DNA of 63,741 bases, filler included, from Kipferlia bialata (GCA_003568945.1; 6 parts of 6 records of this genome joined end to end with filler, not necessarily neighbours in it); one strand, 5' to 3'; shown: positions 1-12,812, counted from the first letter of the whole stretch. The notes: a model not told the origin generated them from the sequence alone. A program made the numbers and translations.

Positions 1-89
1 AAAATAATTTTTTTTTTTGTTTACCCCCCCCCCCCCCCCCCCCCTCCACCGTTCTCTCACTCCCCTGTCGCCTCCTCCTTACTCTTCAG

Positions 90-3000
90 GGCTGGGGCGT
101 CATGCTCATCGTTGGGGTCACGAGCAGAATGGTGAGTGAGTACAGCAAGTATACTTCCTCTTCACTGGATTTTTAGTGCCCTTACCCTATATATTTGAGG
201 AGACATATATTCTTTTGCATATATATGCCCCCCCCCCCCATCCCCTCACCACCAGTTCATCTCCAACACTGTGTCCGTCATCATCCACACCATCATCAAC
301 GTCATATTCACAAGCCGGTACGGACTGCCAGTGCTTAGTGTACTGATGCACTGAGTAGCCACTCTCTATTGGCTTCATCCTCTGTCTCTCACCACTTCTT
401 CTCCCCTCTCATCCCAGTGCCTACCACTTCATATTCCACCTGTGCAACAGGGACACCAGACAGAGCCACAAGGTATGAGCATCTCCAGGCGATAACATGA
501 ATGTAGTATTCATATATAGTATTCATTGTGAAGCGTGTATTTCTCTGCATGCCATCCCTCACCCCAGTACCTGTATGTCATGGCAACTACATACGTTGTG
601 CTCACTCTGTGTGACATGATAGGCAAGGTCAGTCCACTCTGGAGTACCTCGCGCGCTCTCTCTCTCTCTCAATATATACATATATCCCCCCCCACCCCAG
701 TTCACTGTGGAGTACCACTCCACCCAGGTCGGTGGCTTCTTCGGCACATTTGTCAATGTCATGAGGGCATGCATTATCCTAAACAGGTGGGTATATGCAT
801 TATCATACGGATGGGCACTATCTATATACAGCTTTATGAGGGCATGCATCATACTAAACAGGTATGCACACCTACTCATACCCATACCCCTCACTCAAAG
901 CTCTTCCTGATATGTGATGTAACTACTATCTATGTGTATGTATCTGTCCACCCACCTCTTCTCACAGGCTGTTCCAGATCTCTCTCTCTCTCTCTCTCTC
1001 CCTCTACACCCTTGATGCCCAGACTGTTCCAGATTGGGGGCGAGCTCTTCTTCTTCCACGGGGTGGTCTACACAGACCTGCTCATGACGGGGTGAGGGCT
1101 GCCTCTCTCTATATCTGTCTCACACACACACACACTATATGTATATACCCTCCCTTACCTGGGGTGGTGTATACAGACCTGCTCATGACGGGGTGAGGGC
1201 TGTCTCTCTCTCTCTCTCACACTCTATCCATGTATATACCCTCCCTTACCACCAGGTCTACCTCCGAGGTCACTGAGAGCTCGGAGGAGACGCCAGGTAT
1301 CACTCAGAATTTTCAGTACGAGCTCATACGACTGATGAGTCTCTCTCTCTATATTCATGAATCTCTCTCTTTGTATATATATAGTCTTGACCCCCAGCTG
1401 TCTGCGCTCGAGCTGTCTCTATATATCTAAATATTCTCTCTCTCCACGCTGGTCTCTTTCTCTTTATATACTCTCACCCCCAGCTGTCTGCACGCGAGCT
1501 GTCTCTGCCCCCTCCGACACCCTCCACACCAATGCAGACAGTGCCCTCACAGATGATATGCCCCAGCCCATACAGAGGACAGAGAGCACGCCCCACAGGT
1601 GTCACCCTCTGAGAATACATATATACCATAATATATGCGTATTAATGTATACACTACATATGCCCTATTAAGCCCCTCACCCCAGCGTTGTGATGTCTCT
1701 TATCCGTGACTGCATGGAGGGTGAGGGACAGGAGGCAGGGTCAAGCACAGAGTCACTGGAGGTGAGAGTCGTGTATGCATACACACACCATGTACATACA
1801 CATGGCATACAAAGATTTCATCGACTACACAATCATATCACACCAACCTCAGGACCCCCTTGAGCCCCTGGGGTATAGAGAACCCACGAGATCAGAGGTT
1901 GTCTCGTGGCAGAGGGAGAGGTCCATCCACTACTCCTCCAAGTACCCCGACAACCCCATGTACTCTGTGGACTGTATACAGAGCACCACCTCAGAGGCCA
2001 TTAGCCCAGAGGAGATCATGCCCCTCAACGAGGTACATATTCCATTGATAGTATATTAATGTGTCATTTGGGTCAACGTCCTTAACGTGCATGTGACCCC
2101 CCCCCCCCTCCCCTTCTTCTAACCCCCAGGCCCAGATCCAGGCCCTGATGGTCAAGAGACGGCGGTTCAACGCTCTGTACGGCATGGGTCTGTCTCCTAC
2201 ACATATACACACACACACCCTCTCTCTCTCTCTCTCTCTGGCATCTGACTCAGGTACAACCTCTACTCTCTCTCTCTCTCTCTCTCTCGCTACACCCTTA
2301 CTCCAGGTACAACCTCTACTTTGTGCTCCTAGCCCTAGTCTTCCTAGCTAGATGCATAGTGGTGCAGACAATATACAACGCACTCACGGACGCGCCAACA
2401 TTCCTCCAGTGAGTATATGTGTATATACATGTAGTGAGTGTGTATATGTCTCTATATTAGTGTATACATGTGTGTGATTCATCCCATACCCTCACCTCCC
2501 AGGCACTGTCACGTTGTGTGGACCATCCTCATTGTCAACTCGGTCATGCTGGTCATACTCTCAGGTGGGTGGATGTATTCCTGAGTTTGGCTTTGTCTAA
2601 GTTTATTACATGACCGCTATTCCGATTGGAAGACACAGCTCTATATACTATTACCAATTCCATCCCCCTCTGGCAGGCATGAACTTAGTATGTGACTATT
2701 TGATTAGGTCTAGGTGGAGTTTTGCGTACAGTATATGAATGGAGTCTTACCCAGCCATGAACCCGATGGTTGTGTCAAGGGGCATCCCTGAGACCCTGGG
2801 TGACCTATTTGCCATTGAGCATGGGCACTCACTGTTCATGGGGTACCTCAAGAAGAGAGGGGCAAAGGATAGGTATGCATATATATATGTATATATATGT
2901 ATAGAGAGAGAGAGTGTGTGTGTGTGTGAGGAAGAGGGAAGGCAAGGACAGGTGGGTATATAGAATTATTGGGAGAGAATGAGAGAGAAGAAGAGGCGGA

Positions 3001-3223
3001 CATACAAGTGATTTGTGTGTGGGTTATGTATATGTATAGGCTTGACATCCCCCCCCCCCCCTCATTCACCCCCAGGTCTGTGATTGCCCTTGAGTTCGTC
3101 CAGGAGTGCCAGAGATACAGGCTGGTGAGTGATATAAGCCTTATGTGATGGTACTTTAGTGTATCACATATACTTGTATAGTGGTACATGTATATATCAA
3201 CACCCACCCCAGGATATTTATGG

Positions 3224-3254
<31 letters not shown>

Positions 3255-3511
3255 CCCTGTAGGACTGTGCCCAGAAGCAGGACAGGGAGGACCTGGTGGA
3301 CATCACCAGGATGGCATACACCATATACGCACTGTACCTGCATAGCGAGACTGGACGTACGTGGTATATATATATATATATACACTACCCTTTCTCTCAT
3401 TTTCTCTCTCTCTCCCCCTCTCCCCCCAGACCCCCCTGTCCTGTCTGTCTCCGAGGCTGCTCTGCACCAGACACGGTCCAACCTGACAGACATGTTCATG
3501 CCCAGGGGGAG
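90..3511 (+). CDS. Multi-pass membrane protein with C-terminal RGS domain (7TM-RGS-like); partial at both ends, multi-exon
   Basis: Hand-spliced GT-AG exons give hydrophobic helices (FISNTVSVIIHTIINVIFT, YLYVMATTYVVLTLCDMIG, GGFFGTFVNVMRACIILNRLFQIG), a long hydrophilic loop, two more helices (YNLYFVLLALVFLARCIVV, CVWTILIVNSVMLVILS), then LGDLFAIEHGHSLFMGYLKK..SVIALEFVQECQRYR..AYTIYALYLHSE..VLSVSEAALHQTRSNL, which matches RGS helices 2-6. The RGS C-terminal helices are missing before the poly-C run at ~3739-3790. Confidence 0.7.
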
Positions 3512-3736
3512 GTGGGTAGTATATATACATATATTATATACATATTTATATACATAATGTAATTCCATGACTGATGTGCAACCTCACAGACACGTTCATG
3601 CCCAGGGGGAGGTGTGTGTGTGTATGTATATACATAGACATGTCTACTGTATACATATTTACATAAGAAAGTGTTCAGTTCCAGAGGGGAATGTGAGTAT
3701 GGTGTATCTATATGTCTAGATAGTATCTATCGTTTC

Positions 3737-3777
<41 letters not shown>

Positions 3778-3857
3778 GGACCCCCCCCCAGGAGTGTTAC
3801 GTTGTGTGGCTGACCACCCCTTTCACCTCCCTCCACTTCTCTCCTTCTACCATTCAG

Positions 3858-6800
3858 TTGGATCTGCGTGGCAATGCCCTTGGGGATCAAGGCATGAAGG
3901 TCCTATGCACTGCTCTACGCAGTCTTAGCTTTCTCAGAAAGGTGACATAGCAGTTGAGTATATGGCTAAATACTCTGGTATATTATGGTGACTCACTATC
4001 AGTTGGACCTGGGTGACAACGGTATAGGGTGTGAGGGCATGAAATTTGTTGCCTATGCCCTGGACGCCACAACCCAGCTCACGCATGTAAGTATATATAT
4101 ATGTGTATATAAGTACTTGTAATTGGTAGATAGCACTTATGACCTTGTGGTCTAACACCAGCTTGCCCTCGGTGAGAACCCATTCCTCTACCTTGGCCTC
4201 AAGAGACTTGTCGGTGCACTGTACAACCTTCCCTCTCTCGCTGTGGTACGAAGCCTATGTATGGATGTATCAATCCTCTACCTTATCCTTACTTACCTTC
4301 AGCTCAGGCTTGAGGGCGTTGACATGTTTGAGCAGGGATCACTCCTATTCAGCGCCTATGTGAAGAGAACCCCCACGTTGAGTGAGGTATTTGACGTAGT
4401 GTTCTATATATGTTGGATTCCTAACAACATGTTCTCACTATTAGGTTGTTGTGTCTGGGAGCCGACTGGTTAGCCTGACTGCACCAGCCATGGGCTTGGA
4501 TGCCACCGGAATGGAGGTACCATAATCATACGTTTGTATGGTTTGATAATCCTATTATCGTCTTACAGAGATCAGCTCTGCTCACTGTATCAGGACGTGA
4601 CTGCGGAGATCGCCAACCCCACTGTTCGCATCAGTCGTGACAGTATCTGTGTTGTGGCAGTCCCACCTATGGGTCAGCCAGCAGTTGATATCCCTGAGCC
4701 TGAGCTACGTGAGATACGTGGCCACCTCGACCCGAGTCTCAGCAACACTATCATCCAGATGATGCAGCATCCCACCCATGGAAATGACGCCAACGGTATG
4801 GTCACTTTCCATATGTAAGACCATCTCTCTCTCTATGTCTCTCTTACTCAGGTACCACGGTTGTCATCCATGGGAACCAGTGCAGGCTCTCTGATGTCAC
4901 ACCCTCGTCTCAGAACCCTAGATATGTGTGTGTACCAGTAGGGTCATCTAGCAATGATGTCCTGGCTCTTCTTAGTGATGTGGCATCCGTCAATGCTATC
5001 CTTATCTGGAAGGTACGCGAGTGTATCTAGTGGGTAGCGAAGAGTACCCGACTGGTTGTGTATTGGTTGGACCTTTAGACTGCGGTTCTGTTCGGTATAC
5101 TTCTTATGTACCAGGAAGCGAAGCTGAAGAAGCTCCAGTCCAGGCTTAGTGGTCTGGTATCTGCCGTCGGCAAGGCTATTGGATGGGGCCACCTTCCGGT
5201 TCCTGTTTGTGCACTGGACCCTCAGAGACACTTGCTGGTAGAGGAGTTGCCTACACTGGAGGTACTATCTCTCAAGTAATCCCTAGGAGTGCGAGGCAAT
5301 CACGATCCTTACATTACTATTAATGACACCAGTCCCTCTTCCCCTATCCTTGCGAAACCAGTGACATCCGGTGCATCTGGGGAGATATGGACCCTTCCCT
5401 TGTCAGTGGTATCCGTGACGTCCTGCGGTGGCCTTTCCTCATCCCTGGGTTCAGGGTACCAGGTATGTATCATCAGGTTGTAGAGTCTATACTAGGCCTA
5501 GTTTCATATAGAGTATTACCCCTCTCCCTCACCCCAGGCACCACCATCATTCTACACGGTCGTGACTGTCAGATGCCGTCGGACGGCCCATACGCACACT
5601 CCCCTCCATACCTGCTGATTGGCGTACCTTCTTCACTGGGTGACATCACAGCACGTGTCAGGGACGTTGGTCCCATCAACTCCATCCTCTTGCTCAAGGT
5701 GGGATGCCCTGTCCATATTTGATTATTCATAATTCTAATGTATCTGGAAGTATATATAGCCCTTCTCACTCAGGATGGGAAGTGCAAGTTCCAGAGGATG
5801 CTACCTGGCATTCTCTCTGCCATCTTGGGAGGCATGGAAGAGACCCAGCTGACTGTGCCAGTGGTGGCCTATGACCCCAAGGAACATGTCTACATACGAC
5901 CCCTGACACAGATATGTGAGCAGTATGCTGAGGCTGTTCCCAGTCCTGCAGAGGTCAGCGAGGTAGTCAGGGCAGACGACCCTGTACCAGCGGTCCCTAT
6001 CCCCCAGAAGAAGGGAGCGGGTAAGAGGGCCAAGGAGGCCAAGAAGGCCAAGAAGGCGAGGAAGGAGGCAGTGGAGAGTGGAGCAGATGCCTCTACGGAG
6101 CAACCTACCCACTCTGTTGCTCCAGTCCGTGAGCAGACTGGTCTTGCCCCCTGGGCCAAGCCTATACCACGCAGGGAGTTCTACAACCAGGCACCCACTG
6201 CCAAGACCTCCGAAGTGCAGACCCTCACCATGAGCTGTGTCCCTGGTGGTACATATTCAATCTCACCTGGGGTTGTACTGCCTAGGCCTCTCTTCGTGAC
6301 TATCTACCCCCTTGCTGCCAGAGATGTACTCAGTGTCACTGACCAGATGGAAGAGGGCAAGGCCAAGGTGGGTGATGAGTTAAATATATATATCATTATC
6401 TATATCATATACCAGGTCTCATTGAGTTTGTGTGTTGTGTACCCTGTGTGTATATACTCTCATCCCAGATCACTTTCCGCCCCACCCACCCTGTCAATGT
6501 TGAGGCCATTGTCACCTTACGTGGCAACATGCAGGGGAAAGGTGGGGGAAAGTGTGAGAAGGATGAGTCCACCAACACCATCATTCTCTCCCTCTCCCTC
6601 CTGAGTGAGGATGAGGTCAGCAGGCTGGCCGCTCCTGTCCTGCCATACCTCAAGGCCGGTGAGTCATGGTACCAGACATGTCTGTGTGTATGTCATAATA
6701 GAATTGCTCTCCATAACCCCCTCTCCTCTGACCTCAGAGGACAGACTGGGCGATGAGAGGCGGAGGAAGAAGCACAGGGTCAGTGCACCAGGAGGTCAGG

Positions 6801-9800
6801 TGAGGGGCGATACCTAAGCGTATATGGCAGGGGGTTCGCCAGGTCCTTTGAGTCTAAGTGCCATATATTATAGGTTATTCACTATCAGGATGCACCCCCA
6901 AGTCTTCCCCTGACTCTGGGAGCAGGAGGGGAAGACCTTGGCGAGAGGCGCTTTGTCCATCTGCCTAAGGTAAGATCCACATGTCCAAGTGTGTTATGAA
7001 CCAGAGTGACTGGATTCCGTCTTACTTCAGTCGCTGGATTGGCCTCCTCAAACCATCCGAGACATTTACAACCGGGTACCAGGTGGGAAGAACTATATAG
7101 TGCTCCTAATACTCTCGCACAGGTAGCATCTCTACCAGGGACTGCGTCTCTCATCCCAGGTGCTCACTCTGTGAGACCCCTTGCCCTGCGGGTGGAGGCA
7201 GTGGAGGCCGAGGGGGACAGCCAGGGAGACATGTTCCCGTGTCTCACAGACACAGTGGCATCACCCATAGGGGAGGAGCTGGCTGGCATATACACAGCTA
7301 GGCTCCGGCTGGGTGTGTACTTGGAGAGGCTGCAGCAGGAGGTATAGACTGACTGATACATTTTCTCACTACGGCATCTACATTGCCTCGTGCTAGTGAG
7401 TACCAACCACAGGATGACATCCGTCTGTATGATGACCCTGATACCACTCCCATCAAGTGTGGTGACATCTCCTATGGCCAGGGTGCCATGTACATGTTCA
7501 AGGACCTCAAGGCCCTCGAGGAGGGGAGGCCCTCTGTCACGGTCGGGGACCTGTACGTGCACTGATATCTCCCTCTCCTCTATTCAAATCGTCCTTATTC
7601 ATGCTCAGTGTTGGCTTTCTGCCACATCAGTCAGACACTGAGTACATTGGGAGAGTGGAGGAGGTCCTGCTGGACAGCGTCAAGGTGGCATTTGATAGTG
7701 GGCTCAGGTTAGCTATATTAGTTACGTTTAATGTATGAGACTGTAGTTGTTATCTCTCCAAACCCGTCAGGAGTGTCCTCGGCCGTCTGAGGTTCATGGC
7801 CCAAAGTGGCCCTTTCCTAAGGATGCACCAGGCCATCAACATGGCCGAGAAGTATGGTGGGTGGATATTGGCTCTTATGTAATAGGATGGGGTGTCCTCT
7901 GACTCATATTCTCACCATCCAGACATTGTGCGTCGTCTGTGTCCAGTGTATGACCCAGATGTGCATGACAGGAGGGCTACTGAGGCTGATGTCACAGGGG
8001 GCACAGTGCATGCTGAGCTGGATGGGAAGTCGGGGCTGAACATGAGGTGCGGCATCAGTATAATATATATATATATATATACAAGTACCCTTAACATATA
8101 TTGGAGTATTGAGAATAGTCTCTCGGCCACTAATGGCAGGCAGACGTGTGCCATTGCAGGTGTGTTGGCAGCCGGCGGAGGAGACGCAGATGACGATAGG
8201 CCGTACCTAATCTTCGGTCCTCCAGGTATCATCATATTCATTGACTAGCACCTTAGAATACCCAGTATGTCACTGACTCAGGCACTGGGAAGACCACCAC
8301 CATCATCGCCCTGGCATGTGTGCTCCTCAACCGTGGCCACCGTATCCTGGTGTGTGCCCCCTCCAATGCAGCCAGTGACCTACTGGCAGAGCGCATGCTG
8401 GTGGCGATGCCGAAGCTGAAGCTGGCCAGGTATTCGATGTGTATATATACATATATTGTGTGCATATGAGAGGAAACCCTCACCCCAGGATCATGGCTTA
8501 TACCCGTAAGCTGGATACCCTCTCAGCGCAGTTGCAGAAGTGCGTGCCACAGGATACCGGTATGTCGCACATTGTATAGGACTTGAGTGCCATATGGTAC
8601 CACTGGTATTCTTACTCACCTACAGACGGCCACCCAGGTGTACCTACTGATGTGGACAGATTTGACTGTGTGGTCTGCACATGTTCAATGGCTGTGTCAC
8701 TCCCAAGGGGGTCAGGGTTCACTCACGTGCTGGTACGTATTTCTATCAGTAATCTATTCAGTCCGACACTCTCTGACCCAGGTCGATGAAGCCGGGAGTG
8801 GCCTTGAGACTGATGTACTGTGTGCACTGCAGGTGGGATTCATAACTACTGTAGAGTACTAACTGATGGATGACTTATTGTGTAGTATTATGCCTTTGCT
8901 ACCCTCCAGGCAGAGCCCGATGCTGTGTATGTACTGGCAGGGGACCCCCGGCAGCTAGGCCCTGTGGTTACTAACAGCATCAACCAGAACCAGTTGGGGT
9001 ATGGAGTGTCTGCCATGGACAGACTCATCGCAGGTAGGGGGTTGTACTCATGTTAGATAGTATCGTTTGCGGTTTACCTTGTTGCTATACTCTTAACGCA
9101 GATCCTGCCATGAAGGGTAGCTGGACTATGCTCAATGAGAACTACAGGAACCACCCAGCCATCCTGAGACCATCAAGCACAATGTTCTACGGAGGTGACC
9201 TGATTGCAAGGGCCGGCCCACGCTCTCTCTCCCTCTGCCGGTCTCCGTCTCTGCCCTGCTCTGGGTTCCCTCTCTCCTTCACAGGGGTCATGGGCCGCAA
9301 CGTGAGGGAGGGGTGCTCCCCTAGCTGGTACGATACTATTTATGTACTAGATATGTGTGTAGATACAATGACCTATCCCGATGACCCTAGGTGCAACCCG
9401 GAGGAGGTGTCTGTGGCAGTGGCCACCACCCTCTCCATTCTGAGGAGGGATGGGGTGGACCCGAGTGAGATTGCAGTCGTGACTCCCTACAGACTGCAGG
9501 CCACCAAGATCAGGTGAATACTCTATTTCTCTCCTATTGTTGTGTTGGCTCCTTGTCCAGCACTCCCTCTAACCACCAGACAAGCACTCAAGAGAGAGGG
9601 GGTGACCGACATATCAGTCGGGTCAGTGGAAGGTGGGTCGGAGTGTCATGTGTGTGAGTGTCATCCAACTATGTACCCTCACATGAATATACTCATGTGT
9701 TCATCCTTACACCTCAGTGATGCAGGGCAGAGAGTTTGATGCAGTGGTGATATCCACTGTCAGAGCCTGTGATGCAAGATCCATCTCCAACGACATTAGG

Positions 9801-10415
9801 TATACACATGTATACAGGAGTACATGACTAAAAGGATATATACCTATGGTTGTTGTATATACTTGTATATGGGTGTGTGTCCTCACTGATTCAGGCATGT
9901 GCTAGGGTTCGTCTCCCACCCACGCAGGCTCAACGTCAGTATAACACGTGCCAGGGCACTGGTTGCTATCATAGGTTGGTCCCGTACTATATAGCGATCT
10001 ATGTACACTCACTCACATCCATCATAGATGACCCGTGGGTCAGGGTGTGTCTGGTAGCCACTGACCCAGGCAATGCCGAGGCCCTGTGTATAGACCCCCA
10101 CTGGAGGGCCCTACTACAGTACATCAAGAGGTGAGAGGAGATGAATTGGGTATATGTTATAGCAGTGTCATACAAATACATGCTATCTATATATATTATA
10201 ATGACAGGCACGGTGGGGCCACCGGAGTCTGCTCTGCCATCCCATCTGAGGGTGAGGGCGTCACCCCTGAGACAGACAGGGTGCAGAGGAGTGTGGTCAA
10301 CCTGGTCAAGACATCAAGGCACGAGAGGGCCAGGGGCAAGGGTAAGTGCAGTGGGGGGGAGAGCGAGCAGGCGCGGGCTCTCCTCAACGACACTGTCAAG
10401 GTGACAGAGGAGTGA
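3858..10415 (+). CDS. LRR-containing MOV10/SDE3/Armitage-like SF1B RNA helicase (5' partial, ~30 exons)
   Basis: Four 28-aa RI-type LRR exons, then a duplicated ~130-aa domain, then MOV10-type segments (GVYLERLQQEDDIRLYD, LEEGRPSVTVGD) and UPF1-like motifs: GPPGTGKT, LVCAPSNAASD, VDEAGS, LAGDPRQLGPVV, LNENYRNHPAIL, GRNVREGCSPSWCNPEE, VVTPYRLQ, VGSVEVMQGRE, LGFVSHPRRLNVSITRAR. Exon phases are compatible in my manual splicing; stop TGA ends at 10415. Confidence 0.85.
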
Positions 10416-10672
10416 GTGGTACATCTCTGTGCCATGATTATAAGGGGAAGCAGTGTGTGAAGGGAATGATAATTGGACTCAGCGAAGGGTTGAGGAGAGA
10501 GAGTTACATTACAATCACACTATTCCTATGTTGTTCACAGCGGTCACTTCGCACTCTGTGCGTTGGACTCTGGGGACGACGAGAAATAGACAATTGTTTG
10601 TCATCGCATGATAGTTAACTAATTGTATGGGTAAGCCGTAGTCATCTAAAGCACTAGTATTGGTCCTTGTAT

Positions 10673-12408
10673 TTATGTCCAAGGAAGGTAGGTTCCAAAC
10701 ATAACACACCCCACCACTATATACCCACAGTTGACCCACACAATGGGTCTGCGGAGAGAAGGGTTTCTGGAGTGAGGGTATAGAATGGAAGTATACCTCT
10801 ACGGAGTCAATAGTATACACTACATAAATGGATGTATGGCTCTGCGTTACTTGCGATACCTTATATATGCATCAGCCAGGACCCAGCTGAGGAAGGGGCC
10901 GCTGGACCAGACCAGTCTGGGATGAGATATGGGAGTGAAGAACTCTGTGACAAGTGCGCAATAACTACTGACTCACCTTGTCACAATCTCCACATTGGCA
11001 TAGAACAGACAGACAGCCATCAGGACACAGCTGGGGGTCAGATACCAGTATCCAACAGGGGCACACGCAGTCGAAACCACACCAGGGAGACCTCCTATGT
11101 CATATGCCACCGTTAATACAAACCTGTGAATTGCAAATGGCATCAGCATATACACTGGTGCAGAGTATCGGTCGAAGGCCAGCTTCACAAAGAAGTGAAG
11201 CCATCGTGCTGATCCAAGCACACTATGTCTCATTCTTTCTACTGTGGATGCGTTCTTTGCCAGGCGCTTTGGTCTTACAAAGTCTGCACGAGTGGTGTCT
11301 GGAGTCAGGCACAGTCTTATACCACTGAAACAACTCTGGGTATGATCACTCACCTCTCATGACCTTTCTGACATGGTTTGTACATGCCAACAGAGCAGCG
11401 CCCATGCCTGGGGTCAGAAGGTCACAGAATGCATCCGCATACACTACAATACATTTCACCAGCTATCAAGGTCAACACAAACTCGACAACAGAAGTGATG
11501 AAGTATATATACACCTACCTCCGCAGCAGTACACCACAGTGGGCATGGCCAACAGGAACCTGGGTATCAGTATCAGTATCTATACATATATATGCACACA
11601 CACGCATATATATAAATATACATATATATACATATATATATACGGTGGGCATGGCCAGCAGGAACCTAGGTATGTTGGAGAGCCTCCAGTAGAGGAAGAG
11701 ACCCACGTTCCAGAACTGCCTCTGAATGGCAGGATAACTGATAGTGACAGGATACTCTAGGCCAGGACAGGTGGTGAGGTCGAGAAGGGGGTTGGTGCTG
11801 GGTGTGTGCTGTATGTGCCAGTTGACAGAGGCGGTCTGGTAGGCATTCAGGAGCCTAGGGGGTAAGTTGCACAAAGAGTGGAAAGGTACTTAATAGAGAC
11901 GGGAGAGGGGGGGGGGGGGGGTTGCATGTGTTCCACCCACCTTGACACCAGGACTGGTACCCCTGCCAGTGTCAGGCTGAGTACCCGTGTGCCCCTGCCC
12001 CTGACCCTGGTCATGGGGAATATGAGGCAGAAGTAGAATAGGTACCCGCCCAGCACAAGGGCGTTGGATCGGAGGAGACCTGGGGTGGGAAGGGGAAGAG
12101 AGCAGTGTAAAGAAGAGATGGGGGGGGGGGTAGATAGTAGTGGTGAGAGTACATATATACCATGTAGATAGTATATATGTAGTGTGTGCCTCACTTGCCA
12201 GTACCAGCCAGACCCCTGCCTGCAATACCCTCGAGCTGCATAGGGAGTGGATGAAGAGGGTGCTGAAGAGAAGGAAGGCACTCTCGGTATAGGGTACAGA
12301 GAAGAAGACAGAGGCCGGGTTGAATGCCATGAATGCCCCCACTACTCTGTGGTAGGTGGGACTGGCGGCACTTGGGATGGCGAGGGAGAGGGGGAGAGTG
12401 GCTCTTGG

Positions 12409-12449
<41 letters not shown>

Positions 12450-12717
12450 GAGAGAGAGTAGTGTATCCTGACTCGGGCTGTATGCATCCCTCTCACCTAT
12501 ATGTGAGGTCGCATGTGACCCCTACTGCCAGGGTGAACATGGCATTGGAGAGGAGGATGGAGAGACAGGTGGCACAGACTCTGGGGGAGGGGAGGGGTAG
12601 GGGGAGGGGGAGGGTGTCTAACCCAGCACTGATCATCCACCTCTGGATCCACTGACACAGACTCAGAAACCCCTTGAGTACAAGGGGCTGGCCAGGGAAG
12701 AAGGCACACTGTTGAAC
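10673..12717 (-). CDS. PIGV: GPI mannosyltransferase 2 (PIG-V/Gpi18 family), 5' truncated at contig end
   Basis: Spliced translation contains QQCAFFPG, FNPASVFFSVPYTES, LLRSNAL, IQRQFWNVGLFLYWRLSNIPRFLLAMP, FYANVEIVTR and C-terminal FGTYLPWT*, all characteristic of PIG-V. Confidence 0.88.
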
Positions 12718-12781
12718 CTGTTGATCAGAGAGAGAGACACCAGAAGGAGAGACTGGTATATGAAGGGGAGCGAGGAGGGCA

Positions 12782-12812
<31 letters not shown>

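Noticed and set aside
3512..3857. A single giant 7TM-RGS-LRR-helicase fusion gene
   Set aside because: The RGS domain is incomplete, exon phases do not match (phase 2 versus 0), intron style changes abruptly and the join is a long poly-C run. A misjoin or collapsed sequence is more likely.
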